Positions 22,330-32,115 of a stretch of 64,000 bases of DNA are shown here, piece by piece. This stretch comes from a bacterium (GTDB lineage: Bacteria; JADJOY01). Made by a program: the position numbers and the translations under genes. The DNA is taken from contig JAXLQJ010000002.1 in the NCBI GenBank assembly GCA_046331705.1, forward strand, positions 1 through 64,000. The letters are read 5' to 3'. The notes beneath the pieces were generated by a model that saw nothing but the letters and a program-made list of their open reading frames with translations, ran no database searches and was not told where the DNA came from. Position 1 is the stretch's first letter; every line of letters starts with the position of its first letter.

Positions 22330-22962
22330 GTGATCGACTGGCTGCATCCGATCGCGCGCTTGCAGAGCGCGGCGCTGACGGTGGCGGGAGTCTCGGTGAG
22401 CTGGGCGGAGCTCCTGGGCGACGTGACCGGGGGGCTGTGCGTGTGGCTGCTGGCGCGGCAGAGCGTGTGGAACTGGCCGCTCGGGCTCGGCAACAACGTC
22501 TTCTGGGCCGTGCTCTTCCTCGACGCCAAGCTCTACGGAGACGCGTCGCTGCAAGGGATCTTCTTCGCCCTCGGCTGCTACGGCTGGTGGCGCTGGGTGG
22601 CCCCCGGCGCGAGCGACGTATCGACGCCGGTGCGACGAACGACACACCGCGAAGGCTGGATCCTGGGTGGCCTCACCGCGCTCGCCACGGTCGCCGTCGC
22701 CACCTGGCTCACGCGCCGCACCGACTCGCCGGTGCCGTGGGCGGATGCGAGCGTGCTCACCCTGAGCCTGGCCGCGACCTACGGGCAGGCGCTCAAGCTC
22801 GTCGAGTCGTGGTGGGTCTGGATCGCCGTGGACGTCATCAGCGTCCCGCTCTACGTGAGCCGCGGGCTCTATCCCACTGCGGCGCTCTACGTGCTGTTCG
22901 GGGTCCTGTGTGTCGCGGGGCTGCGCTCGTGGTCGCGGTCGCTGAGGGAGGGTCGCGCGTGA
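22330..22962 (+). CDS. pnuC: Nicotinamide riboside transporter PnuC
   Basis: WNWPLG, LYGDASLQ, YGWWRW, PWADA, ESWWVWIAVD; adjacent NadR-like gene. Confidence 0.9.
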   Translation: MIDWLHPIARLQSAALTVAGVSVSWAELLGDVTGGLCVWLLARQSVWNWPLGLGNNVFWAVLFLDAKLYGDASLQGIFFALGCYGWWRWVAPGASDVSTPVRRTTHREGWILGGLTALATVAVATWLTRRTDSPVPWADASVLTLSLAATYGQALKLVESWWVWIAVDVISVPLYVSRGLYPTAALYVLFGVLCVAGLRSWSRSLREGRA

Positions 22963-24050
22963 AGCCTCGCCACGGCCTGGTGATCGGCAAGTTCTACCCG
23001 CCGCACGCGGGGCACGCGCTCTTGATCCGCGCCGCCGCCGAGACGGCAGAGCGCGTGACCGTGGTCGTGATGGCCTCGCGCGTGGAGTCGATCCCGCTCG
23101 CGTTCCGCGTGAGCTGGCTACGCGAGATCCACGCCGCCGAGACCAACGTCACGGTCACGGGAATCGCCGACGAGCATCCCATCGACCTCGAGAGCGACGC
23201 CGTGTGGCACGCGCACGTGGCGCTCATGCGCGCGGCGGCCGCCACCGTGACGGACCAGCCGATCGACACGGTCTTCACCTCCGAGCGCTACGGCGACGAG
23301 CTCGGCAGGCGCCTGGGCGCGCGCCACCGGGCCATCGATCCGGGGCGGGAACGCGTGCCGGTCTCGGGAAGCGCGGTGCGCGCCGATCCGATCGCCCATT
23401 GGGATGCCCTGGCTGCGTGCGTGCGCGAGCATCTCGCGTGGCGCGTGGTGCTGGTGGGCGCGGAATCCACGGGCAAGACCACGCTCGCCGCCGAGCTCGC
23501 CGCACGCCTCGCCGCGCGCGGTGGTGCCTGGGCCGGGACCGAATGGGTGCCCGAGATCGGGCGCGACGCCACGATCGCGAAGCTCGCCGCGCAGGGTGCC
23601 GAGTCGGGCGACGTCGCGGCCATGGCGAGCCTCGTCTGGACGACCGCGGACTTCGTCGCCATCGCTCGCGCGCAAGCCGAGCGCGAGCGCGCGGCGGCGC
23701 GGCGCGGTGGCCCGGTGCTGATCTGCGATACCGATGCCTTCGCCACCGGCGTGTGGCACGAGCGCTACCTGGGCAGTCGCTCGCCCGCGACCGAGGCGCT
23801 GGGAGACGCGGCGCCGCGCCACCTCTACCTCGTGACCCACGACGCCGACGTGCCGTTCGTGCAGGATGGGCTGCGCGATGGCGAGCACCTGCGACGATGG
23901 ATGACGCGACGCTTCGCCGAGCGCCTCGACGCGACGGCGCGGAGCTGGCGCTGGCTGCGCGGCACGGGCCCGGAGCGGGTCACGGCCGCGCTCGCGGCGA
24001 TCGACCAAGCGCTCGCGGGCGGCTGGCGCTTGGCGGCACCGCTCGGGTGA
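22959..24050 (+). CDS. nadR: NadR-like NMN adenylyltransferase / ribosylnicotinamide kinase, no HTH
   Basis: GKFYPPHAGH; GAESTGKTT P-loop; ICDTDA; FVQDGLRDG; GTGA overlap with pnuC. Confidence 0.85.
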   Translation: MKPRHGLVIGKFYPPHAGHALLIRAAAETAERVTVVVMASRVESIPLAFRVSWLREIHAAETNVTVTGIADEHPIDLESDAVWHAHVALMRAAAATVTDQPIDTVFTSERYGDELGRRLGARHRAIDPGRERVPVSGSAVRADPIAHWDALAACVREHLAWRVVLVGAESTGKTTLAAELAARLAARGGAWAGTEWVPEIGRDATIAKLAAQGAESGDVAAMASLVWTTADFVAIARAQAERERAAARRGGPVLICDTDAFATGVWHERYLGSRSPATEALGDAAPRHLYLVTHDADVPFVQDGLRDGEHLRRWMTRRFAERLDATARSWRWLRGTGPERVTAALAAIDQALAGGWRLAAPLG

Positions 24051-24087
24051 ACACCGAACCCGACGAGGATCCAGGGGGACGAGGTCG

Positions 24088-25650
24088 ATGAAGGAATCCG
24101 TGAAGCACGTCAGCCAGGCCCCCACGAACCCGCGCGCCACGGAGGGACCGCGGCCCTTCGACGTCGCCGATCTCTACTCCGGCCCGCTGGGCGACGAGAC
24201 GCCGCGCGACGCCGGCGCCCTCGAGCTCTCGGAAAAGCTGCGCCAGGCGTATTTCTGGATCGTCAATCACGCGATCCTGAGCCCGTTCTACGACCTCGAG
24301 TTCCTCGCCACCGCGCCGCCGGTCTTCGTCCTCGGCGAGCACAAGACGCGGCTCACGCTGCCCACCGCGCAGAGCTATTCGAGCTACGTGCTGCTGCCGC
24401 TGCTCAACCTGGCGGTGCGGCGGCGCTGCTTGCTGGTGGGCGGGCCGGGGCGCGGCAAGACCGCCATCGCGACGCTGCTGGGGCTCCTCGCCGGCTACTC
24501 GCCACGAGAGATGAAGCAAGGAATCCAGCACGGCCAGCCGCAGATGACCATCGCCGACCTACTCGGCAACCCACTGCCCTCCTCGATGGTCTCCGCCAAG
24601 ACGATGGACGAGATCCAGATCGCGTGGCGCAAATGGCTCGGCATGCGGGTCAAGATCATCGACGAGTACAACCGCATCCCCACGCGAACGCAGTCGGCGC
24701 TGCTGACGGTGATGGCCGACGACTACGCGGAGCTCTACGACCAGGTCTTCGAGTGCCCGCCCGCCGCCTGGTACCTGACCGCCAACGACGATGCCGGCGG
24801 CGGCACCTACCAGGTGATCGAGGCGCTGCGCGACCGCATCGACGTGGTGGTGAAGGCGCTCCACTTCAACACGCGGTTCCTGGGCGAGCTCCTGGAGCGG
24901 ATCGAGGGCGGGTTCCGCCCCGAGGACGTGCTGCCGCCCGAGATCGTCTTCACGCCCGCCGAGCTCGATCGCATGGAGCGCGCGATCCGCGCCGTGCCGA
25001 TTCCCGAGCCGCTGCTGCGACGCATGGAGTTCTTCGCAGCCGAGTTCGAGTTCTTCGAGCCCGCCGCGCGCCAGCTCGAGTACATGACCAAGGACACGAT
25101 CAAGGTGACCGCCGTGCCCTGGGAGAGCTTCGCCGACGCCCGTGACGCCGCGATCACCGGCGCCCAGACCCGCAACGGGCTCTCCGTACGCGCGCTCATG
25201 ACGTGTCTCGCCTTCGCCAAGGCCATGGCCTGGTTCCGCGGCAATCGGGAGGTCACGTTCGAGGACGTGCGCCAAATCTTGCCGTTCGTCCTCCACGACA
25301 AGCTGGTGCAGCACCGCGAGGCGGCGTTCTTCGACGCGCCCGAGAACGCCGCGCTGCGCTCCGACCTGGTGAGCTGGATCCGGGCGCTCTTCGATCGCAC
25401 CTGCGCCGAGCACGATCGCCTGGGCCGCGACCGGCGCGACCCGGTGCGCGAGCTTCTCGTCGAGCTCGACCGCGGCCTCGACGGGGTCGACGAACGCGCC
25501 GTGGATCAGCGCCTGGCGGCGGTGGAGCGCGCGCTGCGCGACATCGAGAACGGCGGCAAGCTCTACGGTCACCTCTTCGACGACGTGCTGGCGCTCAAGT
25601 ACCTGCACCAGCGCTACACCAACTACCGCGCATGGCTGCGCAGCCGCTGA
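24088..25650 (+). CDS. MoxR-family AAA+ ATPase
   Basis: GGPGRGKT Walker A, IIDEYNR Walker B, TQSALL, TAN sensor I, ALRDR Arg finger, GLSVR sensor II. Confidence 0.88.
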   Translation: MKESVKHVSQAPTNPRATEGPRPFDVADLYSGPLGDETPRDAGALELSEKLRQAYFWIVNHAILSPFYDLEFLATAPPVFVLGEHKTRLTLPTAQSYSSYVLLPLLNLAVRRRCLLVGGPGRGKTAIATLLGLLAGYSPREMKQGIQHGQPQMTIADLLGNPLPSSMVSAKTMDEIQIAWRKWLGMRVKIIDEYNRIPTRTQSALLTVMADDYAELYDQVFECPPAAWYLTANDDAGGGTYQVIEALRDRIDVVVKALHFNTRFLGELLERIEGGFRPEDVLPPEIVFTPAELDRMERAIRAVPIPEPLLRRMEFFAAEFEFFEPAARQLEYMTKDTIKVTAVPWESFADARDAAITGAQTRNGLSVRALMTCLAFAKAMAWFRGNREVTFEDVRQILPFVLHDKLVQHREAAFFDAPENAALRSDLVSWIRALFDRTCAEHDRLGRDRRDPVRELLVELDRGLDGVDERAVDQRLAAVERALRDIENGGKLYGHLFDDVLALKYLHQRYTNYRAWLRSR

Positions 25651-26652
25651 GCGAGCGCTTCCGCGCCGTGCTCGACGCGCGCCGCGAGGCGTGGAACGAG
25701 CGCTTCACGCGCCGCGGGCGCGGGATCGACGCCGCGGCTTTCCTGCGCTACCTGCGCGACACCGTCGATCCGCTGGTGGACGCGGCGGGTCGGTCCGCCG
25801 GCGACGCCGCCGCGGAGACCAGCGCCGCGGCGCTCTTCGATCTCGGCTTGGTCGGCCTCGCGCGCGGCTGGATCGGCGAACGCGAGGCCAGCGACCTCGA
25901 GCGCACGCTGGCGAGCGCGCTGCCCGCGTTCGGCAACCACTGGCACGCCGCGCCGGCGGCGCTGTTGCGCGCGCTCGGCAACGGCTACGAGCGGCTCGAG
26001 CGCGCATTCGGCGCGGCGCGCGTGCCAGTGGATCTCGGCGCTGGCGGCGCTGGCGCCAGCGCTCGGAAACCGTGCGGAGATCCTGGATGCGGGGCTGGTC
26101 CTGGCATGGCGCGGCGGGCTCGCCGAGGCGCGCTCCGCGGCGCTGGCGCGCGCGCTGGCTCGCGACGCGGCGTTTCGGCGCCGGGTTCTCGACGCCGACG
26201 AGATCGATCCACGTCCCGAGCGGCGCTTCGCCCCGCTCGCCCACCCCGCGACGCCACTGGTGCCCGCGGTCGCGACACGGCTCGGCGGCTTCGTGGGATT
26301 CGGCGGACCGTTTCGCGTACCGCCGCGCGCAGCGGCGATCGACGGGCGCTTGGTCGCTTGCGACGGTGACGCCTGCGTCGAGGTCCACGCCGATGCGTTC
26401 GGCGCACGCTGGATCCCCGCGCCCTGGGCACGCGATCGGGCGGCCGCCTCGGCGAAGGAGCCCACGCAATCGCGACGAATCGCGCCCCCGATCTGCCACC
26501 TCGACGCGATGCCGGCCGGTGCGCTCGCCTCGCTCCTCGCTCGCTTCACGGCGGCGACGTCGGTCGCATCCGCGGACGGCATGGCGGCGATCACCACCGC
26601 CGACAGCCACCAGCTCGTGATCTTGGGCTGGCTGCCCGAGGCCGGCGCATGA
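25632..26652 (+). pseudogene. Hypothetical protein (about 340 aa) split by a frameshift near 26015-26026
   Basis: Frame from ATG 25632 reads MAAQPLSERF...LERAFGAAR; coding-like sequence resumes in the frame ending 26652 (QWISALAALAP...GLVLAWRGGLAEARSAAL...GGFVGFGGPF). Confidence 0.7.
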
Positions 26653-28469
26653 GCGCGAGCGCGACGCGCGACGCCAGCCCCGCCATCGCGGACGCCGAGG
26701 CGCGCTTCGAGGCCGCGTGGCCCGAGGCGCTGACCGCGCTCAGCCCGTTCACGCGCCTGCCGCCGCCGATCTGGTGCAAGACGCCCGACGACGAGCAGCG
26801 CGAGGGCCTCGTCGGCTCGTTCGCGATGATCCGCATGAAGGACGACCGCATCGTCGTCAGCCTGCGCCAGGTCGTCGAGCGCGACCTCGTCGGTCACGCC
26901 AAGGCGATCCTCGCCCACGAGGTTGGCCACTACGTCCACGCCCCGGGAACGCTCGAGGACCAGGTGCGGCTGCTCGATCGCATCCGCCGCACGCTGCCAC
27001 CCGAGCTGAGCCCGCACGCCGGCTTGGTCGCGAATCTCTACACCGATCTGCTGCTCAACGATCGCCTCCAGCGCAGCGGCGCCGCCGACGTCGCGGCCGT
27101 CTACGCCGCCCTCAAGAGCGACGATGCCGGCGAGCTGTGGAGCTTCTACGCCCGCACCTACGAGCGGCTCTGGGCGCTGCCCAAGGGCGCCCTCACCGCG
27201 CCGGTGACGAGCGCCATCGACATCGACGCCGACCTGGCGGCGCGGCTGGTGCGCGTGTTTCGCGATCGCTGGCTCGACGGCGCGGCGTCGTTCGCGCTGC
27301 TCGTCGAGCGCTACCTGCCCGACCTTCCCAAGCAGCGTGGCGGGCTGCCGCCCTGGCTCGATACCGTGGGGGTCGGCGCCGGAGATCGCGTGCCCGACGG
27401 CTTCACCCGCGACGACTTCGACCCGGCGAGCGTCCGCCACCCGATGTACGACGAGCGCATCAACGGCAGCGGCGAGAAGCCCGCGGCGCGAGACCAGCGG
27501 GACGCGCGCGGCAAGGACGCGACGGGCGCCGACTCGTCCGCGGCGAACGGCCGTGCGCTCGTCGGCGACGGCCGCGCCGACGGGCGCAGCGTCACCCGCG
27601 GCCCCCAGGAGTGGCTCGACCTGATGCGCGCCGCCGGCGTGACGCGCGAGCCCAAGGACCTCGTCGGCCGCTACTATCGCGAGCTCGCGATGCCGCACGT
27701 GATCCCGTTCCCGAGCCAGCGCATCGAACGCGCGGGCGATCCGCTTCCCGAGGGGCTCGAGGTGTGGGAGAGCGGCTCGCCGCTCGAGCGCATCGACTGG
27801 AACGAGACGCTGATCCGCAGTCCCGTCGTCATCCCCGGCCTCACCACCGTCGAGCGCAGCTTCGGCACCACCGAGGGCGGCGAGCCCGAACGACGCGTGC
27901 CGGATCTCTACGTCGGCATCGATTGCTCGGGCTCGATGGGCAATCCCGCCGCGCAGCTCTCGTATCCGGTGCTGGCCGGCGTCGTGCTCACGTTGAGCGC
28001 GCTGCGCGCCGGCGCGCGGGTGATGGCCTGCCTCTCGGGGGAATGGCACGGCGCCGGCACCTTCACCGCGAGCGACGGCTTCGTACGCGACGAACGAAAG
28101 CTCCTGGGCGTGCTCACCGACTACCTGGGCACCGGTGCCTCGTTCGGGTTGCCGCGACTGGTCGAGGCCTTCGTCGCGGCGCCGCGGCGCACGCGGCCGG
28201 CGCACGTGCTGGTGGTGAGCGATTCGGATCTCTTCGGCGAGATCGAAGGGACACGGAACGGTTGGGAGCTCGCGCGCCGCGCAACGGAACGGGCGGGCGG
28301 CGGCGCCACCGCCGTGCTACGCCTCGACGGTGCCGCCCACCACGCGCCCTGGCTCGAGAAGCTCGCGGCCGCGGGCTTCGAGCCGCACGTGGTCGCGAGC
28401 CAGGAGGAGCTGGTGAGCTTCGCCCGCGCCTTCGCGCGCCGGAAGTTCGAGCTCGGCGGTTCGCCATGA
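26649..28469 (+). CDS. HExxH metallopeptidase-like domain + VWA domain protein
   Basis: ILAHEVGHY, ANLYTDLLLND; MIDAS IDCSGS; VVSDSD; ATGA overlaps on both sides. Confidence 0.82.
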   Translation: MSASATRDASPAIADAEARFEAAWPEALTALSPFTRLPPPIWCKTPDDEQREGLVGSFAMIRMKDDRIVVSLRQVVERDLVGHAKAILAHEVGHYVHAPGTLEDQVRLLDRIRRTLPPELSPHAGLVANLYTDLLLNDRLQRSGAADVAAVYAALKSDDAGELWSFYARTYERLWALPKGALTAPVTSAIDIDADLAARLVRVFRDRWLDGAASFALLVERYLPDLPKQRGGLPPWLDTVGVGAGDRVPDGFTRDDFDPASVRHPMYDERINGSGEKPAARDQRDARGKDATGADSSAANGRALVGDGRADGRSVTRGPQEWLDLMRAAGVTREPKDLVGRYYRELAMPHVIPFPSQRIERAGDPLPEGLEVWESGSPLERIDWNETLIRSPVVIPGLTTVERSFGTTEGGEPERRVPDLYVGIDCSGSMGNPAAQLSYPVLAGVVLTLSALRAGARVMACLSGEWHGAGTFTASDGFVRDERKLLGVLTDYLGTGASFGLPRLVEAFVAAPRRTRPAHVLVVSDSDLFGEIEGTRNGWELARRATERAGGGATAVLRLDGAAHHAPWLEKLAAAGFEPHVVASQEELVSFARAFARRKFELGGSP

Positions 28470-29053
28470 CCACCGCCGACGTCGCACGGCTCGCGGCCCG
28501 GCTCGCGGAAGCGCCGCCCGTCTTTCTCGCTTCCGTCGATCCCGCCGAGCCGAGGGCCGTGCGGATCGAGGCGGTGGTGGGCGACCTCTTCCGCGAGCGG
28601 GCGAGCCGCGCCCTCGAGGCCAGCGAGCTCGCCGCGTTCGCCTACCAGGCGAAGGCGCGGCGTCATCTGGAGCTGGTGCTGGTCGCCTCGTGGCTGCTCC
28701 ACGACGAGTGCTTCCGCGGGGTCGAGGCGCACGCCCTGCTGGCGCTCCTCGGCGAGCGGACCGCGCTGCTCGCAGAGCTGGTGGTGGCGCGCGCCTTCGT
28801 CGAGGACCCCGAGCGACGCGAAGAGCTGGTCCGCGTGACGTTGCAGGCGCTCGGCATCGCGCCCGCAGGCGAGAGCCCGGCGATCGCCGAGGATCGGCTC
28901 GCGGCGCTCGACTCGGTGCGCCGCGATCAGCTGTTGCGCGAGGCCCGCGCCCGCGACCAGGAGCGCGAGCAGCGCCGTCGCGAGCTGGCGCGGCTGCGCG
29001 CCCAGGAAGAAGAAGAGCGCCGCAAGGCCGCCCGCACCACGTTCGAGGACTGA
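28466..29053 (+). CDS. Hypothetical helical protein with charged C-terminal coiled coil
   Basis: ATG 28466 overlaps VWA stop; DPERREEL..., PAGES..AEDRLAALDSV; coding-like codon pattern. Confidence 0.72.
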   Translation: MTTADVARLAARLAEAPPVFLASVDPAEPRAVRIEAVVGDLFRERASRALEASELAAFAYQAKARRHLELVLVASWLLHDECFRGVEAHALLALLGERTALLAELVVARAFVEDPERREELVRVTLQALGIAPAGESPAIAEDRLAALDSVRRDQLLREARARDQEREQRRRELARLRAQEEEERRKAARTTFED

Positions 29054-29060
29054 GCCGCCG

Positions 29061-30446
29061 ATGACGTCCATCCCCGCCGAATGGCGCGCGCGAGCGCCAG
29101 CGATCACCGAGGGCGCGTGGCGCGGGCTGGTGCGCACGCTCGAGCACGTGGACGCGCCGCGCTGGAACCAGACTCTCGGCGATCGAGTCGGCGAGCGCGA
29201 GCTCGAATGCCTGCGCTCGTTCCGACGCACGCTCGTCGAGCAGCCGCTCGAGGACGGCCGCGAGCCGTCGGCGGCGATCGCCGAGTGGCTCGAATCGCTC
29301 CGTGGCCGGCTGTGGCTCCTCGACGGGTTGCCGCGCGGCTTCGACGCGCGGCGCGACTTCCGCGCGGTGCCCACCACCGACCGCGAGACGATCGCGCGAC
29401 GCATCGAGGACCTCGTCCCGCACGACCTCGATCTCGAAGACGCGATCGTCTACTCGACCTCCGGGACCACGGGGCACGCGGTGATCGTGCCCAGCCATCC
29501 GAGCGCCATGGTGCAGAACCTGGCGCACCTGGAGCGAGCCGCGGCGCTTCACGGCGTCACCCTCGCGCCGCGCGAAGGCGAGCCCTTCGCGCTCAACGTC
29601 ACCCATCAGCGCAGCACCTACGTCTTCGCCACCACCCTGAGCGGCTGGGCCGGTGCGGTGTTCGTGAAGGCCAATCTCGCCGCCCACGACTGGGCCGGCG
29701 GAGTCGCTCGGCGCGAGCGGTTCCTGGCCGAGATGGCTCCGCGCTTCGTCGCGTCGGAACCGGTGACGCTCGCCGAGATGCTGCGCCTCGAGCTGCCCGT
29801 GCGGCCGCGAGTGGTGGTGTCGAGCGCCGTGGGGCTTCCGTCCGGGGCGGCGGCGGCGCTGCGCGCGGCGTGGGGCGCCGCCGTCGTCGATCTCTACTCG
29901 ACCACCGAGACCGGGCCCATCGCGGTGTCGTTGCCCGGCCTCGACGGGCACGTGGTGCTGTGTCCCGATCTCTTCGTCGAGGCGCTCGACGCCCACGGCG
30001 AGCGCGTGGCCGACGGCGAGCGCGGAGAGATCACCGTCACCGGCGGACGCAACCCGTTCCTGCCGCTGGTGCGCTATCGCACCGGCGATCACGGCCGTCT
30101 GGCGACGGTCGCGTTACCCGATGGGCGCCGCGCCCGCGCGATCCTCGATCTCGAAGGACGCGCACCGGTCACCTTTCGCGCCGCCGACGGATCGCGCGTG
30201 GGCTCGGTGGACGTGGCGCGCCGCATTCGGCCGCTCGCGCCGATCGTCCAGCACCAGCTTCACCAATCCGCCGACGGGTCGCTGGTGCTGCGGCTGCGGC
30301 CGTTGCCCGACATGCCCATCCCCCGCGACGCGTTCCAGGAGACGCTGCGCGAGCTCTTCGGCCGCGACGCTCGGATCTCCGTCGAGATCGATCCGAATCT
30401 CGGTCAGGACGGGCGCAAGCTGATCCCCTGGTCGAGCGACGTGTGA
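29061..30446 (+). CDS. Phenylacetate-CoA ligase/CapK-like adenylating enzyme
   Basis: YSTSGTTG, DLYSTTETG, PLVRYRTGD, LEGR. Confidence 0.85.
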   Translation: MTSIPAEWRARAPAITEGAWRGLVRTLEHVDAPRWNQTLGDRVGERELECLRSFRRTLVEQPLEDGREPSAAIAEWLESLRGRLWLLDGLPRGFDARRDFRAVPTTDRETIARRIEDLVPHDLDLEDAIVYSTSGTTGHAVIVPSHPSAMVQNLAHLERAAALHGVTLAPREGEPFALNVTHQRSTYVFATTLSGWAGAVFVKANLAAHDWAGGVARRERFLAEMAPRFVASEPVTLAEMLRLELPVRPRVVVSSAVGLPSGAAAALRAAWGAAVVDLYSTTETGPIAVSLPGLDGHVVLCPDLFVEALDAHGERVADGERGEITVTGGRNPFLPLVRYRTGDHGRLATVALPDGRRARAILDLEGRAPVTFRAADGSRVGSVDVARRIRPLAPIVQHQLHQSADGSLVLRLRPLPDMPIPRDAFQETLRELFGRDARISVEIDPNLGQDGRKLIPWSSDV

Positions 30447-30567
30447 ATCGAGGGTTCGCGCTGCGGCAACTGCCCGCGAGCGCCTCTCGTATGGCAAGCT
30501 CGCTCGCGGCCGCGCACGAGCGCTCCGAACGACTCGCCGAGGACGTCGGAGCGTGACGGGAGGTTCC

Positions 30568-32064
30568 ATGCAGCGATGGGTCCGATGGAACGAGCTGCCG
30601 ACGCACCGATGGATCTGCGCCCTGGTCGCGGCAGCGCTGGTGGCGTGTGGCGTGAGTCCCGCGACCGCAGCCTCGGCCGTGCAGGTCAACTTCCGGCCCT
30701 ACTTCAACGCCGACGTGGTCGTGAACGGCACGACCGGCGCGTTCGACACCACCATGGGATCGATCGAGGGACAGTGGTCGTTCGCGACGGCCTCGGCGGG
30801 CGGCTCCGCCTGCGGCGGCCCATGGTTGCCGGACGACGCGTTCTTCCCCGCCACGGCCTCGCACCCGGACGCACAGCTCGGGTGGAACCAGGCCAACGAC
30901 GGTCTCAACGCCTGGCAGACGTTCGACACCAGCGGCACGATCACCGTTCCGGTTCCCGACCTTCACTACGACACGCTCTACCTCTACGCCACCGGCGCGT
31001 GGGAGACGTCGCTGACGGTACAGCTCAACTACCGGACGGGCGCACCCGACTCCTTCGCGGGTATCGCCTATCCCTCGTGGTTCGACCCCACGCCACCCGG
31101 CTTCTTCGAGCTCGTTCACGGGCAAGACCGCGCGAAGCTCGACGGATCTGGCGTTCTCGTCTGTGAGGACGTGAACAATCCGGGGATCCTCGGCCGCGCC
31201 TTTCCGGCCGATCCGACGCGAGTGCTCGAGTCGTTCAGCCTGACGCGCACCGACAACGACCAAGGCGTGTTGAACGTCTTCGGCGCCACCGCGGCGATCG
31301 CCCGCGAGGTCTTCGATTACGACATGACCTCGCACTTCAACGGCGACGTGGTCGCCAACGCCAGCAGTTGCGCGATCCCCGACCGCGACCAGGTCCACGA
31401 TGGGCTCGAGTTCGCGGCCTTCGGCGTGAAGTGGCACATTCCCACGGCGACGCTCGGCGCTTGCTCGGGCTCACAGCCCGGGCTTCCCGACGACGGCTTC
31501 TTCCCCGCGAACGAGACCCACCCGGCGTTTCAGCTCGCGTATTCCAACGCCAACAATGGCCTGAACGCACACATCACCGGCCCGACGGCGGATGCGTACG
31601 TGATCGACGTCCCCAACGCGCCGGTCGACGAGGTCCATCTCTTCGGGACGAGCGGCGGCGGCTTCGCGGATTTCATCGTTGAGCTGCGCTATACGTCGGA
31701 TCTGCCGACGCGCTACATCGGGGTGTTCCTGGAGGACTGGCTCTACGATGGACCGTTCAGCCAACCGTACGGTGCGACCACCTACTACCTGATCGACGGG
31801 CTGGACAAGCACTCGGCCGAGGGTGGCGGTTGGACCTACGCGCCGGTCCACGACGTCGCCCTCTTCGGCATCCGCTTCAACGCCGATCCAAGCCGCACGC
31901 TGGCGGAAATCTCGATCGAACGGCTCGACCCCAGCGGGTTCCCGGTGCCGCAGTCGACCATGGCGATCCTGGGCGCCGCCGGGGTGGTGAAGGACGACTC
32001 GTACGTGTTCGTCGACCGGTTCGAGACCGGCGACGAGAGCGGCTGGTCGTCCTCGCTGCCCTGA
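30568..32064 (+). CDS. Secreted hypothetical protein: two tandem homologous domains + C-terminal VFxDxFETG tag
   Basis: GGGAGG RBS before ATG 30568; signal peptide; internal repeat FNADVVVN/FNGDVVAN, LPDDAFFPA/LPDDGFFPA. Confidence 0.8.
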   Translation: MQRWVRWNELPTHRWICALVAAALVACGVSPATAASAVQVNFRPYFNADVVVNGTTGAFDTTMGSIEGQWSFATASAGGSACGGPWLPDDAFFPATASHPDAQLGWNQANDGLNAWQTFDTSGTITVPVPDLHYDTLYLYATGAWETSLTVQLNYRTGAPDSFAGIAYPSWFDPTPPGFFELVHGQDRAKLDGSGVLVCEDVNNPGILGRAFPADPTRVLESFSLTRTDNDQGVLNVFGATAAIAREVFDYDMTSHFNGDVVANASSCAIPDRDQVHDGLEFAAFGVKWHIPTATLGACSGSQPGLPDDGFFPANETHPAFQLAYSNANNGLNAHITGPTADAYVIDVPNAPVDEVHLFGTSGGGFADFIVELRYTSDLPTRYIGVFLEDWLYDGPFSQPYGATTYYLIDGLDKHSAEGGGWTYAPVHDVALFGIRFNADPSRTLAEISIERLDPSGFPVPQSTMAILGAAGVVKDDSYVFVDRFETGDESGWSSSLP

Positions 32065-32115
32065 GCTCGCGCACCCACCGCGACTCGTTCGCGACGTGCT
32101 CCACGCGCCCGCGGA

